Positions 49,253 through 59,000 of a stretch of DNA of 64,000 bases are shown piece after piece. Position 1 is the stretch's first letter. The number at the start of each line of letters is the position of its first letter. The notes beneath the pieces are model-generated. The model was not told the origin of the DNA. It worked only from the letters and a program-made list of their open reading frames with translations, and made no database searches. The position numbers were made by a program, and so were the translations under genes. Source of the stretch: an uncultured Gammaproteobacteria bacterium (GTDB taxonomy: Bacteria; Patescibacteriota; Patescibacteriia; SG8-24). The stretch spans positions 80,501 through 144,500 of the forward strand of contig CAZBFO010000002.1 in NCBI GenBank assembly GCA_964491475.1, given 5' to 3'.

Positions 49253-50390
49253 ATGCTTAAGCAACACCTCCACGACATCGAAGAGCTCGGCCAGCGCGTC
49301 TCCGCCACGTGGGGGTTGCTTTGACCTGGACAAGACCAAGAAGGACATCGAAGCCACGGAATGGGAAACGCAGCAGCCCGATTTTTGGAAGGACCAGCAG
49401 CACGCCCAGCAGGTGAGCCGCAGGCTGGCCGACCTTCGCGACTACCACGGCAAATGGGAAAAGCTCCGGTCCTCGACCGCCGAGCTTTTTGATTTCACCA
49501 AACTGGTCGTCGAGGAGGACGCCGACAACCCGGAGGTCGACGCCGACATCGGCCGTCAGCTGGCCGAACTTCAGAAGACCTTCGCCTCGCTGGAGTTCAC
49601 CACCCTGATGGGCGAGCAATACGACGAGAACGACGCCATCGTGGCGATTCATGCCGGTGCCGGCGGCACCGACGCCCAAGACTGGGCCGAAATGCTGATG
49701 CGCATGTACCTGCGCTACGCCGAACGCAAGGGCTGGACCGTGAAGATGATGGATGAATCGCGCGGCGGCGAAGCCGGCATCAAGAGCGCCATGTTCTCGG
49801 TATCCGGACGCTACGCCTACGGCTACTTCAAGGCCGAAGCGGGCGTGCACCGCCTGGTGCGCCTGTCGCCGTTCAACTCCGACCAGCTGCGCCAGACCTC
49901 CTTCGCCTTGCTCGAAGTGCTGCCCGACCTGGGAGACATCGAAGAAGTGAAGATCGATCCCAAGGACATCCGCATCGACACCTACCTGGCCGGCGGCCAC
50001 GGCGGCCAAGGCGTGCAGACCACCTACTCTGCAGTGCGCATCACGCACATGCCCAGCGGCTTGGTCGTCACCTGCCAGAATGAGCGCTCGCAGACGCAGA
50101 ACAAGGAAACGGCCATGCGCATTCTGCGCGCGCGCCTGCACAAGTTGTACCTTGAGGAGCGCGCCGCCGAAAAGAAGAAGCTGCGCGGCGAGTTCACCAG
50201 CGCCGAGTGGGGCAACCAGATCCGATCCTACGTGCTGCATCCGTACCAGATGGTGAAGGATCACCGCACCAAGCACGAAACCGCCGACACCCGCGGCGTG
50301 CTCGACGGCGATCTCGACCCTTTCGTGGAGGCCTACCTGAAGCAGCTCAAGAGCGGGGGAAAGATGACTCCGGACAAGGACGTGGATTAG
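49253..50390 (+). CDS. prfB: peptide chain release factor 2, with programmed +1 ribosomal frameshift at CUU-UGA-C (49319-49325)
   Basis: Frame-0 peptide [23 protein letters not shown] ends at TGA 49322-49324 and is preceded by the SD-like GGGGG. The +1 frame continues DLDKTKKD...SPF and GGQ-region motifs to 50390. The track shows only the downstream ORF 49413..50390. Confidence 0.85.
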
Positions 50391-50427
50391 CACATCCCGC
50401 TCCTCCGAGGGGTGCGGAAATAAAGAA

Positions 50428-50462
50428 GACCCCGCGTATCCAAGCGGATAGCGGGGTCTTTG
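50428..50462. terminator. bidirectional rho-independent terminator between prfB and the convergent GT gene
   Basis: gaccccgc-tatccaagcggata-gcggggtc then ttt; A-run on the opposite side. Confidence 0.5.
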
Positions 50463-50465
50463 CGT

Positions 50466-51236
50466 TCAGCGGTCGATGCCCATGCAGTCGATGGCGATCT
50501 CGATGCGATCGCGTTCGGGCGTGCCATTCGGGAACAGGGACCGCCAGTGGGCGATGATGCTGTCCACGGCTTCGCGTTCGCGTATTTCCTTGCTCGGCTG
50601 ATGGTAGTGGTTGCCCAGCACCAGCGGGACGCCGAGGTCGAGCATGACGTAGCGCAGGTCGGCGACGGCAATCATGTCGAGGACGAAGTCGATGTCCTCC
50701 ATTCCGCCGATACGGTCGCAACGGGCGTCGAATCCTCCGAAAAGGAAGCCGAACGCCTCGATGCGGATGAGCATTCCCGTGTTTCGGGGATGCCGGTAAG
50801 ATCGGCCGAGGCTGACGACGTTGCCGTCCTGACGGCCTTCGAAGGTCGTGCCGACCACGCCGACCGATTCGTCATCGGTCGCCGCGTCCAACATGCGTTC
50901 GACGTGCTCGGCCGTGAACTTCGCCTCAACCGATACGGTGAACACGAAACGGAAGCGGAGCTTTCGGTCTCGGATGTTGGCCATCCTCACCGCCATGAGG
51001 GCGATGTTGAGGGCGTTGGCCCAGGAGTATCCCTCCTGCATTTCGATCAACTGGACCCGCCCGTTCTCGAGGTGTGCGCCGAGGAAGTGCCGCGTCGCTC
51101 CCTTGTCCCGTGCGGCGTCGGTGACCACGATGATCTTGCCGATGCCCATCGCAGACAGCGAACGGACCTGTTTTTCGACATATTTGTTGTTGAATGACCG
51201 GACGATGGCGCAGGTAGATGAGAGCTTGCCTTGCAT
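50466..51236 (-). CDS. GT-A-fold (family 2-like) glycosyltransferase
   Basis: Start MQGKLSS, with GGAGA before ATG (rev 51234-51236); IIVVTDAARD... and DxD-like EDID motifs. Confidence 0.5.
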   Translation of the reverse strand: MQGKLSSTCAIVRSFNNKYVEKQVRSLSAMGIGKIIVVTDAARDKGATRHFLGAHLENGRVQLIEMQEGYSWANALNIALMAVRMANIRDRKLRFRFVFTVSVEAKFTAEHVERMLDAATDDESVGVVGTTFEGRQDGNVVSLGRSYRHPRNTGMLIRIEAFGFLFGGFDARCDRIGGMEDIDFVLDMIAVADLRYVMLDLGVPLVLGNHYHQPSKEIREREAVDSIIAHWRSLFPNGTPERDRIEIAIDCMGIDR

Positions 51237-51380
51237 TGTGTCTCCATTGCCCCATTCGAGGGCGCAGGTTGTCGATTTCTTGGCGTCACCGCGGCCCATT
51301 TGAGGCCGAGGGACGGTCTTTGGCGTATCCCAAAAGACATTAAAATATAGCACATTTCGGCCCTTTTGTCAATCTTGCTA

Positions 51381-51409
51381 TGGCATATTTTTTGGCTTAA
51401 TAAAGCCAT
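51381..51409 (+). promoter_or_regulatory. conserved AT-rich motif with palindrome ATGGCT-N6-AGCCAT (copy 2)
   Basis: aTGGCATATTTTTTGGCTtaataaAGCCAT; shares an identical 16-mer (GGCATATTTTTTGGCT) plus AGCCAT with 25747-25774. Confidence 0.35.
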
Positions 51410-51418
51410 TTTTTTATT

Positions 51419-51447
51419 TTGACAGGGTAAGGAAAAATGTGTATTTT
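51419..51447 (+). promoter_or_regulatory. candidate promoter TTGACA-17-TATTTT upstream of the epimerase gene (alternative: TTGCTA-17-TAATAA at 51375-51403)
   Basis: Consensus -35 box; the -10 would leave only a very short leader before ATG 51457, so the upstream alternative may be the functional one. Confidence 0.35.
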
Positions 51448-51456
51448 GAGGAGGAT

Positions 51457-52398
51457 ATGCCAAAATCACCTTCAAAAGGAACGGTCATTGTTACTGGGGG
51501 TGCCGGATTCATCGGTTCTCACCTGGTTGAGCGGCTGCTCAAAGAGGGCTATAGGACGGTCGTGATCGACGACCTGTCGTCCGGTCAAAAAAAGTTTGTT
51601 CCGGCGAAGGCGAAGTTCGTGTTCATGAACATAGTCGATCCGCGAATCAGCGAGGTGTTCAAGAAGGAGAAGCCGGTCTACGTCTTTCACCTCGCTGCGC
51701 AAATCAACGTACGTCATTCCGTGCAGAACCCCATCCGGGACGCCGAAATCAACATCCACGGTTCCCTGCGGGTGCTTGAGGCGAGCGTGCATGCGGGAGT
51801 GAAGAAAATCATCTTCTCGTCTTCTGGCGGAGCCATCTATCACGGACTAAACGTTCGCCCGACGCCGGAGAACGTGCCGTGCATGCCGCTCTCCCCCTAT
51901 GGCGTTGCAAAGCTCGCCTTTGAACTGTACTTGCATACTGCCTGCCACAACTACGGCATGAGATACGCAGCGCTTCGCTACGCCAACGTGTACGGCCCTC
52001 GCCAGAGCCTGAAAGGGGAGGCGGGTGTAATCAGTTTCTTCATCCGAAAACTGCTGGCACGAGAGGTTCCCGTGATTTTCGGCGACGGCGAACAGACGCG
52101 CGATTTCGTCTACGTCGACGACGTGGTCGAGGCGAACATCCGTGCCATGCGGACTTCAGCCCACGGCCCCTTCAATATCGGAACCGGCATCGAGACGTCC
52201 CTGCACGACGTGGCTGAGCTGATCAGGAAGGAACTCAACACTGATATCGAGTGCGACCACGGTCCGGCGGTCGTCGGCGAAGAACGAAACAGCTCGTTGG
52301 ACTGCACTGCGGCGAACATGGCCTTCAAGTGGCGACCGAAGGTCAACATCAATAAGGGGATCGCCAGGACCGTTGCCTGGTTCCGGAATAATGTCTGA
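51457..52398 (+). CDS. NAD-dependent epimerase/dehydratase (UDP-sugar 4-epimerase-like SDR)
   Basis: TGGAGFIGSHL Rossmann motif, YGVAKLAFE (YxxxK); RBS GAGGAGGA before ATG 51457 (the track ORF starts at GTG 51439). Confidence 0.8.
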   Translation: MPKSPSKGTVIVTGGAGFIGSHLVERLLKEGYRTVVIDDLSSGQKKFVPAKAKFVFMNIVDPRISEVFKKEKPVYVFHLAAQINVRHSVQNPIRDAEINIHGSLRVLEASVHAGVKKIIFSSSGGAIYHGLNVRPTPENVPCMPLSPYGVAKLAFELYLHTACHNYGMRYAALRYANVYGPRQSLKGEAGVISFFIRKLLAREVPVIFGDGEQTRDFVYVDDVVEANIRAMRTSAHGPFNIGTGIETSLHDVAELIRKELNTDIECDHGPAVVGEERNSSLDCTAANMAFKWRPKVNINKGIARTVAWFRNNV

Positions 52399-53020
52399 CA
52401 TGCGCACGCTGAAGATTGATCGCCGTCGCGTCGCGAAGCGCACGCTCGTCGAAGTCGAGCATGTGCTTCGTGAGGGCGACGTCATCGCCTTTCCCACCGA
52501 AACCGCCTACGGGCTCGCGGCCGACCCGCGCAATCCCAAAGCCGTGCGCAAGGTCTTTCTCGTAAAAGGTCGGTCGTTGGCGAAGGCACTGCCATTCGTG
52601 GCCGCCTCGGCTAAGGACGTTGTCCGGCACTTCGCGCTGACCCCCGCCGCGCTTCGGTTGGGCCGAAAACATTGGCCGGGACCGTTGACCATAGTGCTGC
52701 CTTTCAAAAAGGGGAGCCCTTTGGCACGGGTCGCACGGACCTCCGGCCAGAAGACGGGCGCGGTGCGCGTGCCGGCATCCGCCTGGGCGCGGGCCGTGGC
52801 TGCCGCAGCTGGCGGCATCGCCACTTCCACCTCGGCGAACGTCTCCGGTGACAGCACCGTCTACGCCGCCGCAGAAGTCCTCGCCTCGTTCCGCGGCCGG
52901 CGACACGCTCCTGCGCTGGTGCTCGACGCCGGCAAGCTGCCCAAGCGCGCGCCTTCGACCATCGTCGCTTTCGAAAAAGGAAAAGCCGTCGTCCTGCGGC
53001 AGGGGACGGTCAAGATATAA
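52391..53020 (+). CDS. tsaC: L-threonylcarbamoyladenylate synthase, YrdC-type
   Basis: AFPTETAYGLAADP, KGRSLAKALP; its start overlaps the epimerase stop. Confidence 0.75.
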   Translation: MSDMRTLKIDRRRVAKRTLVEVEHVLREGDVIAFPTETAYGLAADPRNPKAVRKVFLVKGRSLAKALPFVAASAKDVVRHFALTPAALRLGRKHWPGPLTIVLPFKKGSPLARVARTSGQKTGAVRVPASAWARAVAAAAGGIATSTSANVSGDSTVYAAAEVLASFRGRRHAPALVLDAGKLPKRAPSTIVAFEKGKAVVLRQGTVKI

Positions 53021-53026
53021 ACGCCT

Positions 53027-54232
53027 ATGCCATCAGGAAGCCTTCGCGGTTACGTCGAGCATTACTTCGCCCCGCACCCCTCGCAGCAGGTGCGCGAGCT
53101 TTTCGCTTCCTCGGCCATTTTGAATTTCGCCACCAGCGCCATCGCGCTGTTCGAGCCGTTGTACTTGCACTCCATTGGCTTCTCAATTCCGAAGATTCTT
53201 TTGTTCTACGCGGCGCTCTACGTTTTGTACTTTTTCATGCTGCCGCTGGGCGGACGCATCTGCCGTCGCCACGGGTACGAACACACCATCCTGTTCAGCT
53301 CGCCGTTTCTGATCCTTTGGTACATTTCGCTTTTCGCGATTCCGTGGCACCCGGCCTTTGCGGTCGTGGCCCTCATCGCGCTGGTGTTCCAGAAAATCCT
53401 GTATTGGCCGGGGTATCACTCCAATTTCGCCACGTTCAGCTCCAAATCGGAGAGCGGCCGCGAGGTTTCCAACATGGCTGCGATTGCCGGCATCGCCGCG
53501 GTCATCGCTCCGGCCGTCGGCGGCGCGGTCATCGCCGCGTTCGGGTACAGGACGCTCATCGTCGCCGTCGCCTTCTTGATCCTGCTCTCCAACATTCCGC
53601 TGCTGCGCACGCCGGAGCTGTACGAGCCGAAGAGCTTCGACTACGCCGCCGCGCTCGGGCGTCCGTTCGAAAAGAAGAACCGCCGGCGCACCGCCGCGTT
53701 CGTCGGTTTCGGCGAGGAGCTCGTCGCGCTGGTCGCCTGGCCGCTGTTCATGGCCACCGTCTTTTCCAGCCTGACCTCTCTCGGCATCGTGGTGTCGTTG
53801 GCGATGCTGCTCAACGTCGTCGCGATCCTGTACATCGGCCGCATCAGCGACGAGGGCGATCCCGTCTCGGTGCTGCGCAGCGGCGTGCTCTACGACGTGG
53901 CTTCGTGGATCATCCGCCCGCTCACCACCGGCGGCCTCGGCGTGTTCCTGATGGACTCGTTCTACCGCGTTTCCAAGAACATGCTCGGCTTGCCGCTGGT
54001 GGCGCTGATGTATCAGGAGGCTCGCGACGGCGTCACCATGGAGTCAGTGGTGCACTTCGAAATGTCGCTTTCCATCGGCAAGGCCGTCGCCGCGCTGATC
54101 GCTGCCGCCATCCTTTGGAAATGGCCCACCGCCTGGCCGGCAGTATTCATTTTGGCCGGCGTTTTTGCGGCCTTTTACGCCTTCATGCCGCGTAAGGTGC
54201 TGGCCGCTGCGGTCGAATCCTCCGTCCAATGA
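53027..54232 (+). CDS. MFS-type transporter
   Basis: About 12 predicted TM helices in the 6+6 arrangement; its stop overlaps the rsmA start (ATGA). Confidence 0.65.
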   Translation: MPSGSLRGYVEHYFAPHPSQQVRELFASSAILNFATSAIALFEPLYLHSIGFSIPKILLFYAALYVLYFFMLPLGGRICRRHGYEHTILFSSPFLILWYISLFAIPWHPAFAVVALIALVFQKILYWPGYHSNFATFSSKSESGREVSNMAAIAGIAAVIAPAVGGAVIAAFGYRTLIVAVAFLILLSNIPLLRTPELYEPKSFDYAAALGRPFEKKNRRRTAAFVGFGEELVALVAWPLFMATVFSSLTSLGIVVSLAMLLNVVAILYIGRISDEGDPVSVLRSGVLYDVASWIIRPLTTGGLGVFLMDSFYRVSKNMLGLPLVALMYQEARDGVTMESVVHFEMSLSIGKAVAALIAAAILWKWPTAWPAVFILAGVFAAFYAFMPRKVLAAAVESSVQ

Positions 54233-55065
54233 CTTCCGCAGAACTTCGCGCACTGCTTGAGCCGCACGGCATCCGTCCCGTCCATGATCGGGGTCAGCAT
54301 TTTCTGCTGGACGAGCGCGTGGTCGAGAAGATGGTGGCGGCTGCGGCCGTAAGGTCCGAGGACCGGGTCTTGGAAATCGGTCCCGGCCCCGGCATTCTCA
54401 CGGAAAAACTTTTGGCCGCGGGTGCGCGCGTCGTCGCCGTGGAAATCGATTTGAAACTGCGCTCCCTCCTCGCGCGGCGTTTCGGCGAAAATAAAAACTT
54501 CACCTTGCTCGACGGCGACGTTCTCGGTTTTTCGAACGACGCGCTTTTTTCGCGCGGAGAAAAATACAAACTGGTCGCCAATCTTCCGTACGGCATCACT
54601 TCGGAAACGTTCAAAAAATTTTTGCTGGAATCGCCGCAGCCCGAGTCGATCACGGTGATGATTCAGCGAGAGGTCGCTGACCGCGTGCTGGCGAAGCGGG
54701 GGAACATGAGCAGCATTGCCGTCATGGTGCAGACCTACGCCGAGGCGGAGAGAGTGACCAACGTGCCGCGCAGCGCGTTCCTGCCGCCGCCGAAAGTCGA
54801 CTCTGCGGTTATCCACATGAAGCGAAAATCCGAGACCGAACTCGGCGAGTTCTTCGGGCATCTTTCCCCAGACCGTTACTTTTCGATCGTCAGGGCCGGT
54901 TTTGCCGAGCGTCGCAAGCAGCTCAAAAACACCTTGCGTACTGTCGAGAACGATGAAAGTAGGCTAAAACAAGCCTTTTTGAAAGCCGGCATCTCTCCTT
55001 CAAGCCGACCAGAGGAATTGAGCGCGACAGACTGGAAAGCGCTCGCTGACGCGCTTACGTTTTAG
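54229..55065 (+). CDS. rsmA: 16S rRNA (adenine1518/1519-N6)-dimethyltransferase
   Basis: HDRGQHFLLDERVVEKMV, LEIGPGPGILTE, NLPYGITS motifs. Confidence 0.9.
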   Translation: MTSAELRALLEPHGIRPVHDRGQHFLLDERVVEKMVAAAAVRSEDRVLEIGPGPGILTEKLLAAGARVVAVEIDLKLRSLLARRFGENKNFTLLDGDVLGFSNDALFSRGEKYKLVANLPYGITSETFKKFLLESPQPESITVMIQREVADRVLAKRGNMSSIAVMVQTYAEAERVTNVPRSAFLPPPKVDSAVIHMKRKSETELGEFFGHLSPDRYFSIVRAGFAERRKQLKNTLRTVENDESRLKQAFLKAGISPSSRPEELSATDWKALADALTF

Positions 55066-55115
55066 GCAAAAAACTGGTACGATGTTCCGGTAGCTGCCCG
55101 TCCAAGCGGCGTGGT

Positions 55116-55952
55116 ATGCTGGTAACCGAAACCTCTGTGAGCAGCTGGGATTCCATGTCTTCGCATCAGAAGTTGAGTCTCGGGGTTTTTCTCGTTATTG
55201 GCGTTGCTGCGATTGTCCTGTGGCCTTTTCTTCTCGGCAAGCAGATTTCCTCGCCGTTCAAGCGCAAGACCGGTTCGGTGGTTTTCAAGACCGCCGAACA
55301 GGTGCAGCAGGAACGTGATGATCAGCTTCGGCGGCAGGACACGGACAAGGACGGTCTGAACGATTATGACGAGCTGTACGTTTTCCGCACCAGTCCTTTT
55401 TTGGCAGACAGCGATTCCGACGGGATTCTCGACGGCAAGGAGGTCGCTGACAATACCGACCCGAATTGCCCGCAGGGGAAGACCTGCCGGCAGGCGAGCC
55501 TGGCCTACGGCACGAAGGCGCCGGGCGACGTGAACGCTCCCGACGATCAATCGGCCGAAGGGGGATCGGCGTCGGGGATGACGTCATCGTCCAGCATCGG
55601 CGTGGGCAGCGAGGGCGGCGTCGGAACCGACAGTGCTGCGCAGGGCGGCTCTCCTTCCGCCGATGACAAGCGCTACATGCGGGTGATCACCGAAACGTTC
55701 GGTGACCCGAGCCGACTGACGCCCGACAAGATTAAGACCGCGCTCAAGGCGATGTCGGCGGCGGACCTGCGCACGTTTCTCGGAAAACTGGGCATACCGG
55801 CAGAGGCGCTCAAGAAAGCCGATGACGCCACCTTGCGCCAGCTGATTAACGACACCCTGAACGAAATGGTTACGCAGAACGACGCCGGCGCGTCCGCGGC
55901 AAGCGATGCGAGCGCCGACGCGAACGTGAACGCGCCGTCGCCGACACCGTAG
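55116..55952 (+). CDS. membrane-anchored protein with two thrombospondin type-3-like Ca-binding repeats, an acidic S/G-rich linker and a helical C-terminal domain
   Basis: TM helix LSLGVFLVIGVAAIVLWPFLL; DTDKDGLNDYDE and DSDSDGILDGKEVADNTDPNCPQ (DxDxDGxxDxxE...DPNCP). Start could be 55116 or 55155. Confidence 0.5.
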   Translation: MLVTETSVSSWDSMSSHQKLSLGVFLVIGVAAIVLWPFLLGKQISSPFKRKTGSVVFKTAEQVQQERDDQLRRQDTDKDGLNDYDELYVFRTSPFLADSDSDGILDGKEVADNTDPNCPQGKTCRQASLAYGTKAPGDVNAPDDQSAEGGSASGMTSSSSIGVGSEGGVGTDSAAQGGSPSADDKRYMRVITETFGDPSRLTPDKIKTALKAMSAADLRTFLGKLGIPAEALKKADDATLRQLINDTLNEMVTQNDAGASAASDASADANVNAPSPTP

Positions 55953-56033
55953 ACGACCTTTATCTCGACCGCAATGATTACAGGGAATCACCACGCGAAG
56001 CGCCCCGAAGGGGGACGAACGGGGAGGACGACG

Positions 56034-59000
56034 ATGGCGTCGGCATTGCTTTCCGTTCTTCTTTTTGCGGCCGTTGCGGGCATGCTGTTCGCGTCGCCCC
56101 GTCCGGCGCAGGCGCAGGGCATTCCCGTCGGCGACTCGATTCTCGAATCCGATGTCATCGCCAGGAACGTCAAGAACACGTTGAGTCAAACGCTTGTCGA
56201 AGCTGCAGTCACGTCCGTGGTCAACGGCGTCAATTACTTCACGACGCAGATTGCCTATCAGGCGGCCGTGGCGCTGACCACCTCCTGCAACGGACAAACC
56301 GTCTGTTGGGACAGCAAATCGTTCAAGGACGGTTTCAGCCAGGCGTGGCGCGGGGCCATCGGCGAAGCGGTCGGCACCCTTTCGCAACAGTCAGGCCTTA
56401 CGGCCATGGGATTCAACCTCTGTGCGCCCGGCAAGGCCATCTCGCTGCTCATTCAGTTGGGCATGCTGGACGAGCTGAAACCGCCGCCGCCGAAGTGCGA
56501 CTATACCGCGCTGACCAACAACTGGGATAACTTCAAGGATTCGCTTGCTCCGGACCAGCTGCTGAATTCTCTCAAACCCACTTTCCAGCCCGGACAGGCG
56601 CCTCTCTCGGCATCTTTGCGCATCTTGGACGGCATGGTGGCAATCAAGGAAACGGCCAAGCGCGATGCCATGATGAAGAAGCTCATGAACGCGTCTGCCG
56701 GAGGCGGCTTCGATGACATTCGCGATTCGACATCGGGTCGCGTGAAGGCGCCCGCGTCCGTCACGCATGACGAGTTCGTGCGCATGAGGAAGATGCAGCA
56801 GGACAACCCGCAGCAGTATTCGGCTTCGTATGCTGCCGGACAAATCGCCTACGGAGCCGTGACTTCGGTCGTCATCAACACGGTGCAGACGTTCGCGCAG
56901 ACGCTGGTCGCGCGCATGTGGAACCGTCTGGTGAAGGGGCTGCTCTCTACCGAAGAGCTTATTGCGGCGCAGCCGGACCTCGTGCTCGATCCCGACACGC
57001 TCCTCAATCCTCCGGGGGTCACCGGACTGGAGCCGGCCCTGATTTCCCGGTCGCAGTCTCCCAAGATTCGCGATGCCGGTCTCACGGATCCGTTGCTCAA
57101 CTTCACCTCATGCCCCACTGACGGTCGGGCTCCCGATAACTGCGTCATGGACCAGCAATTCGCCAACGCCGTTCGTGTGGCGGGGCTGAATTCGTACACG
57201 GTCCGCGAAGCGATCAAGCAGGGTTTGCTGCATGGCGACTGGCCGCTCATTTCCGCCAATGATCAGCCCAAGAACCAGGATCCGTTCTGCTACACCTACG
57301 GCTATTGCGAGAGCAACCTGAAGAAGCTCCGTGCCGCCCGCGTCATCTCCATCGGCTGGGAAATCGCCGCCTCGCAAAGCCCCGTGGACAAGCCGTTCTC
57401 TCTCAAGCAGGTGGTCGATGAGTTCAACAACTGCAACGACCAAGGTGCGGCCGACGACCAGCATCGCTTCTGCAAAATGATCGATCCCGATTGGGTGCTG
57501 ACCGTGCCGCTGACGCAGTGTCGTGCCATGGGCTACGGGGAGCAGCTGATCTCGTCCGAGGTCTCGACGCGTTCCGAAATCTGCCTCGACAAGCAGACCT
57601 GTCTGAAGCAGGACGACGCCGGCAATTGCATCGGCGGTTGGGGCTACTGTTCGAAAGAGCGCAACATTTGGCGTTTCAACGGTGATTCCTGCCCGGCGCA
57701 ATTCAACACCTGCCGCGTGCTGACTGCCCGCACGGGCGGCACGCGCAGTTATAACCTGAACACGATCGATCACGGCGTCTGCACCGCCGACAACGTCGGC
57801 TGCCGCAGCTACTCCACATCCCTCAATGCCATCAGCTGCAGCTGCGGTCTGAATGGGTGCAAGGACAGCAACGGCGTGGCCGTGGCCGGCACCTGCTCCG
57901 ATGCCAAGGGCTGCTCATGCTCCGTCACGACGGCATCATGCACGGTGGTGAGAGGCGATTCGTCTTGCACCGTTGCTGACACCGGCAAGGTTTGCCGCTT
58001 GCTTCTGGCTTGCGAGAACGCCACGTGCCCCTGCACCGCCTCGGTGACCTGCACGGTCAAAAACGGCGACAAGTCCTGCTCGTCGGTGACCGGCACGGAA
58101 GCCGACAGCGGCGATGACTGGCTGCTGGATCCGAAACGCTATTTCAATCAGAAGGCCCAGACCTGCGACGTCTCCAGCGCCGGCTGCACCGCGCTGGTGC
58201 GCCTGGCGACCAACCAGTCCCTGAACCTCATCAGGAACGGCAGCTTCGAGCAGCTTGAAGACGGGGATAATAACGGCAACGACGATCACGCCAAGTACTG
58301 GACTCCGTTCGCGACCGTTCCGGCCGCCTCGTTCGGCTCTATCATCGCGGACAGCAGCAAGTCCACCACGGGAAGCAATGCCATTTTGGTCAACGGAGCC
58401 CGTGCATTCGGCGGCGGTACGAACGACTGCTCCGGTTCCCTCTGCACTGCGGACGACGGCTGTCCCTGCACCGCCGGCGGCCTGTCTTGCAAGATCGTCA
58501 AAGGGATGACCAAGTGCACACTGAACCAGAACATCATCCAGACGGACATTCGCGTGCGCGGAAACGCCACCTATACCCTTTCCTTTAACGTCACGCCCGT
58601 AGGTGCCGGCGCTGATGCCGGCGCCACTGCCAAAGTTTCGTTCACCGATTTCTTGGGCAATCCGATTTCGCTCGCTGCAGCGGATGCGGTGTCTACCATT
58701 ACCTATGCCGGCCAGGATCCGACCACCGTTCCCACCGGCACTTGCGACGTGACCGGCGGCAACCTCGAATTCACCTTCAGTGCCACGAAGAACAGCGAGG
58801 TCGCGGCCGTCCGTGGTTCCTGCACTTTCGTGGTCCTCAAGGGCATTGCCGGAGCCACCTTGCAATTCCTGGCGTCCGGACCTGGCGCGTACGTGGACGA
58901 CGTGCAGCTTGAGGAAGGCGGCGGCACTTCTTACCACGACGGGTACGGCGACACCGGCGGCATCGTCGATGCCAGGATGCCTCCGGACTATTTGGGCTGC

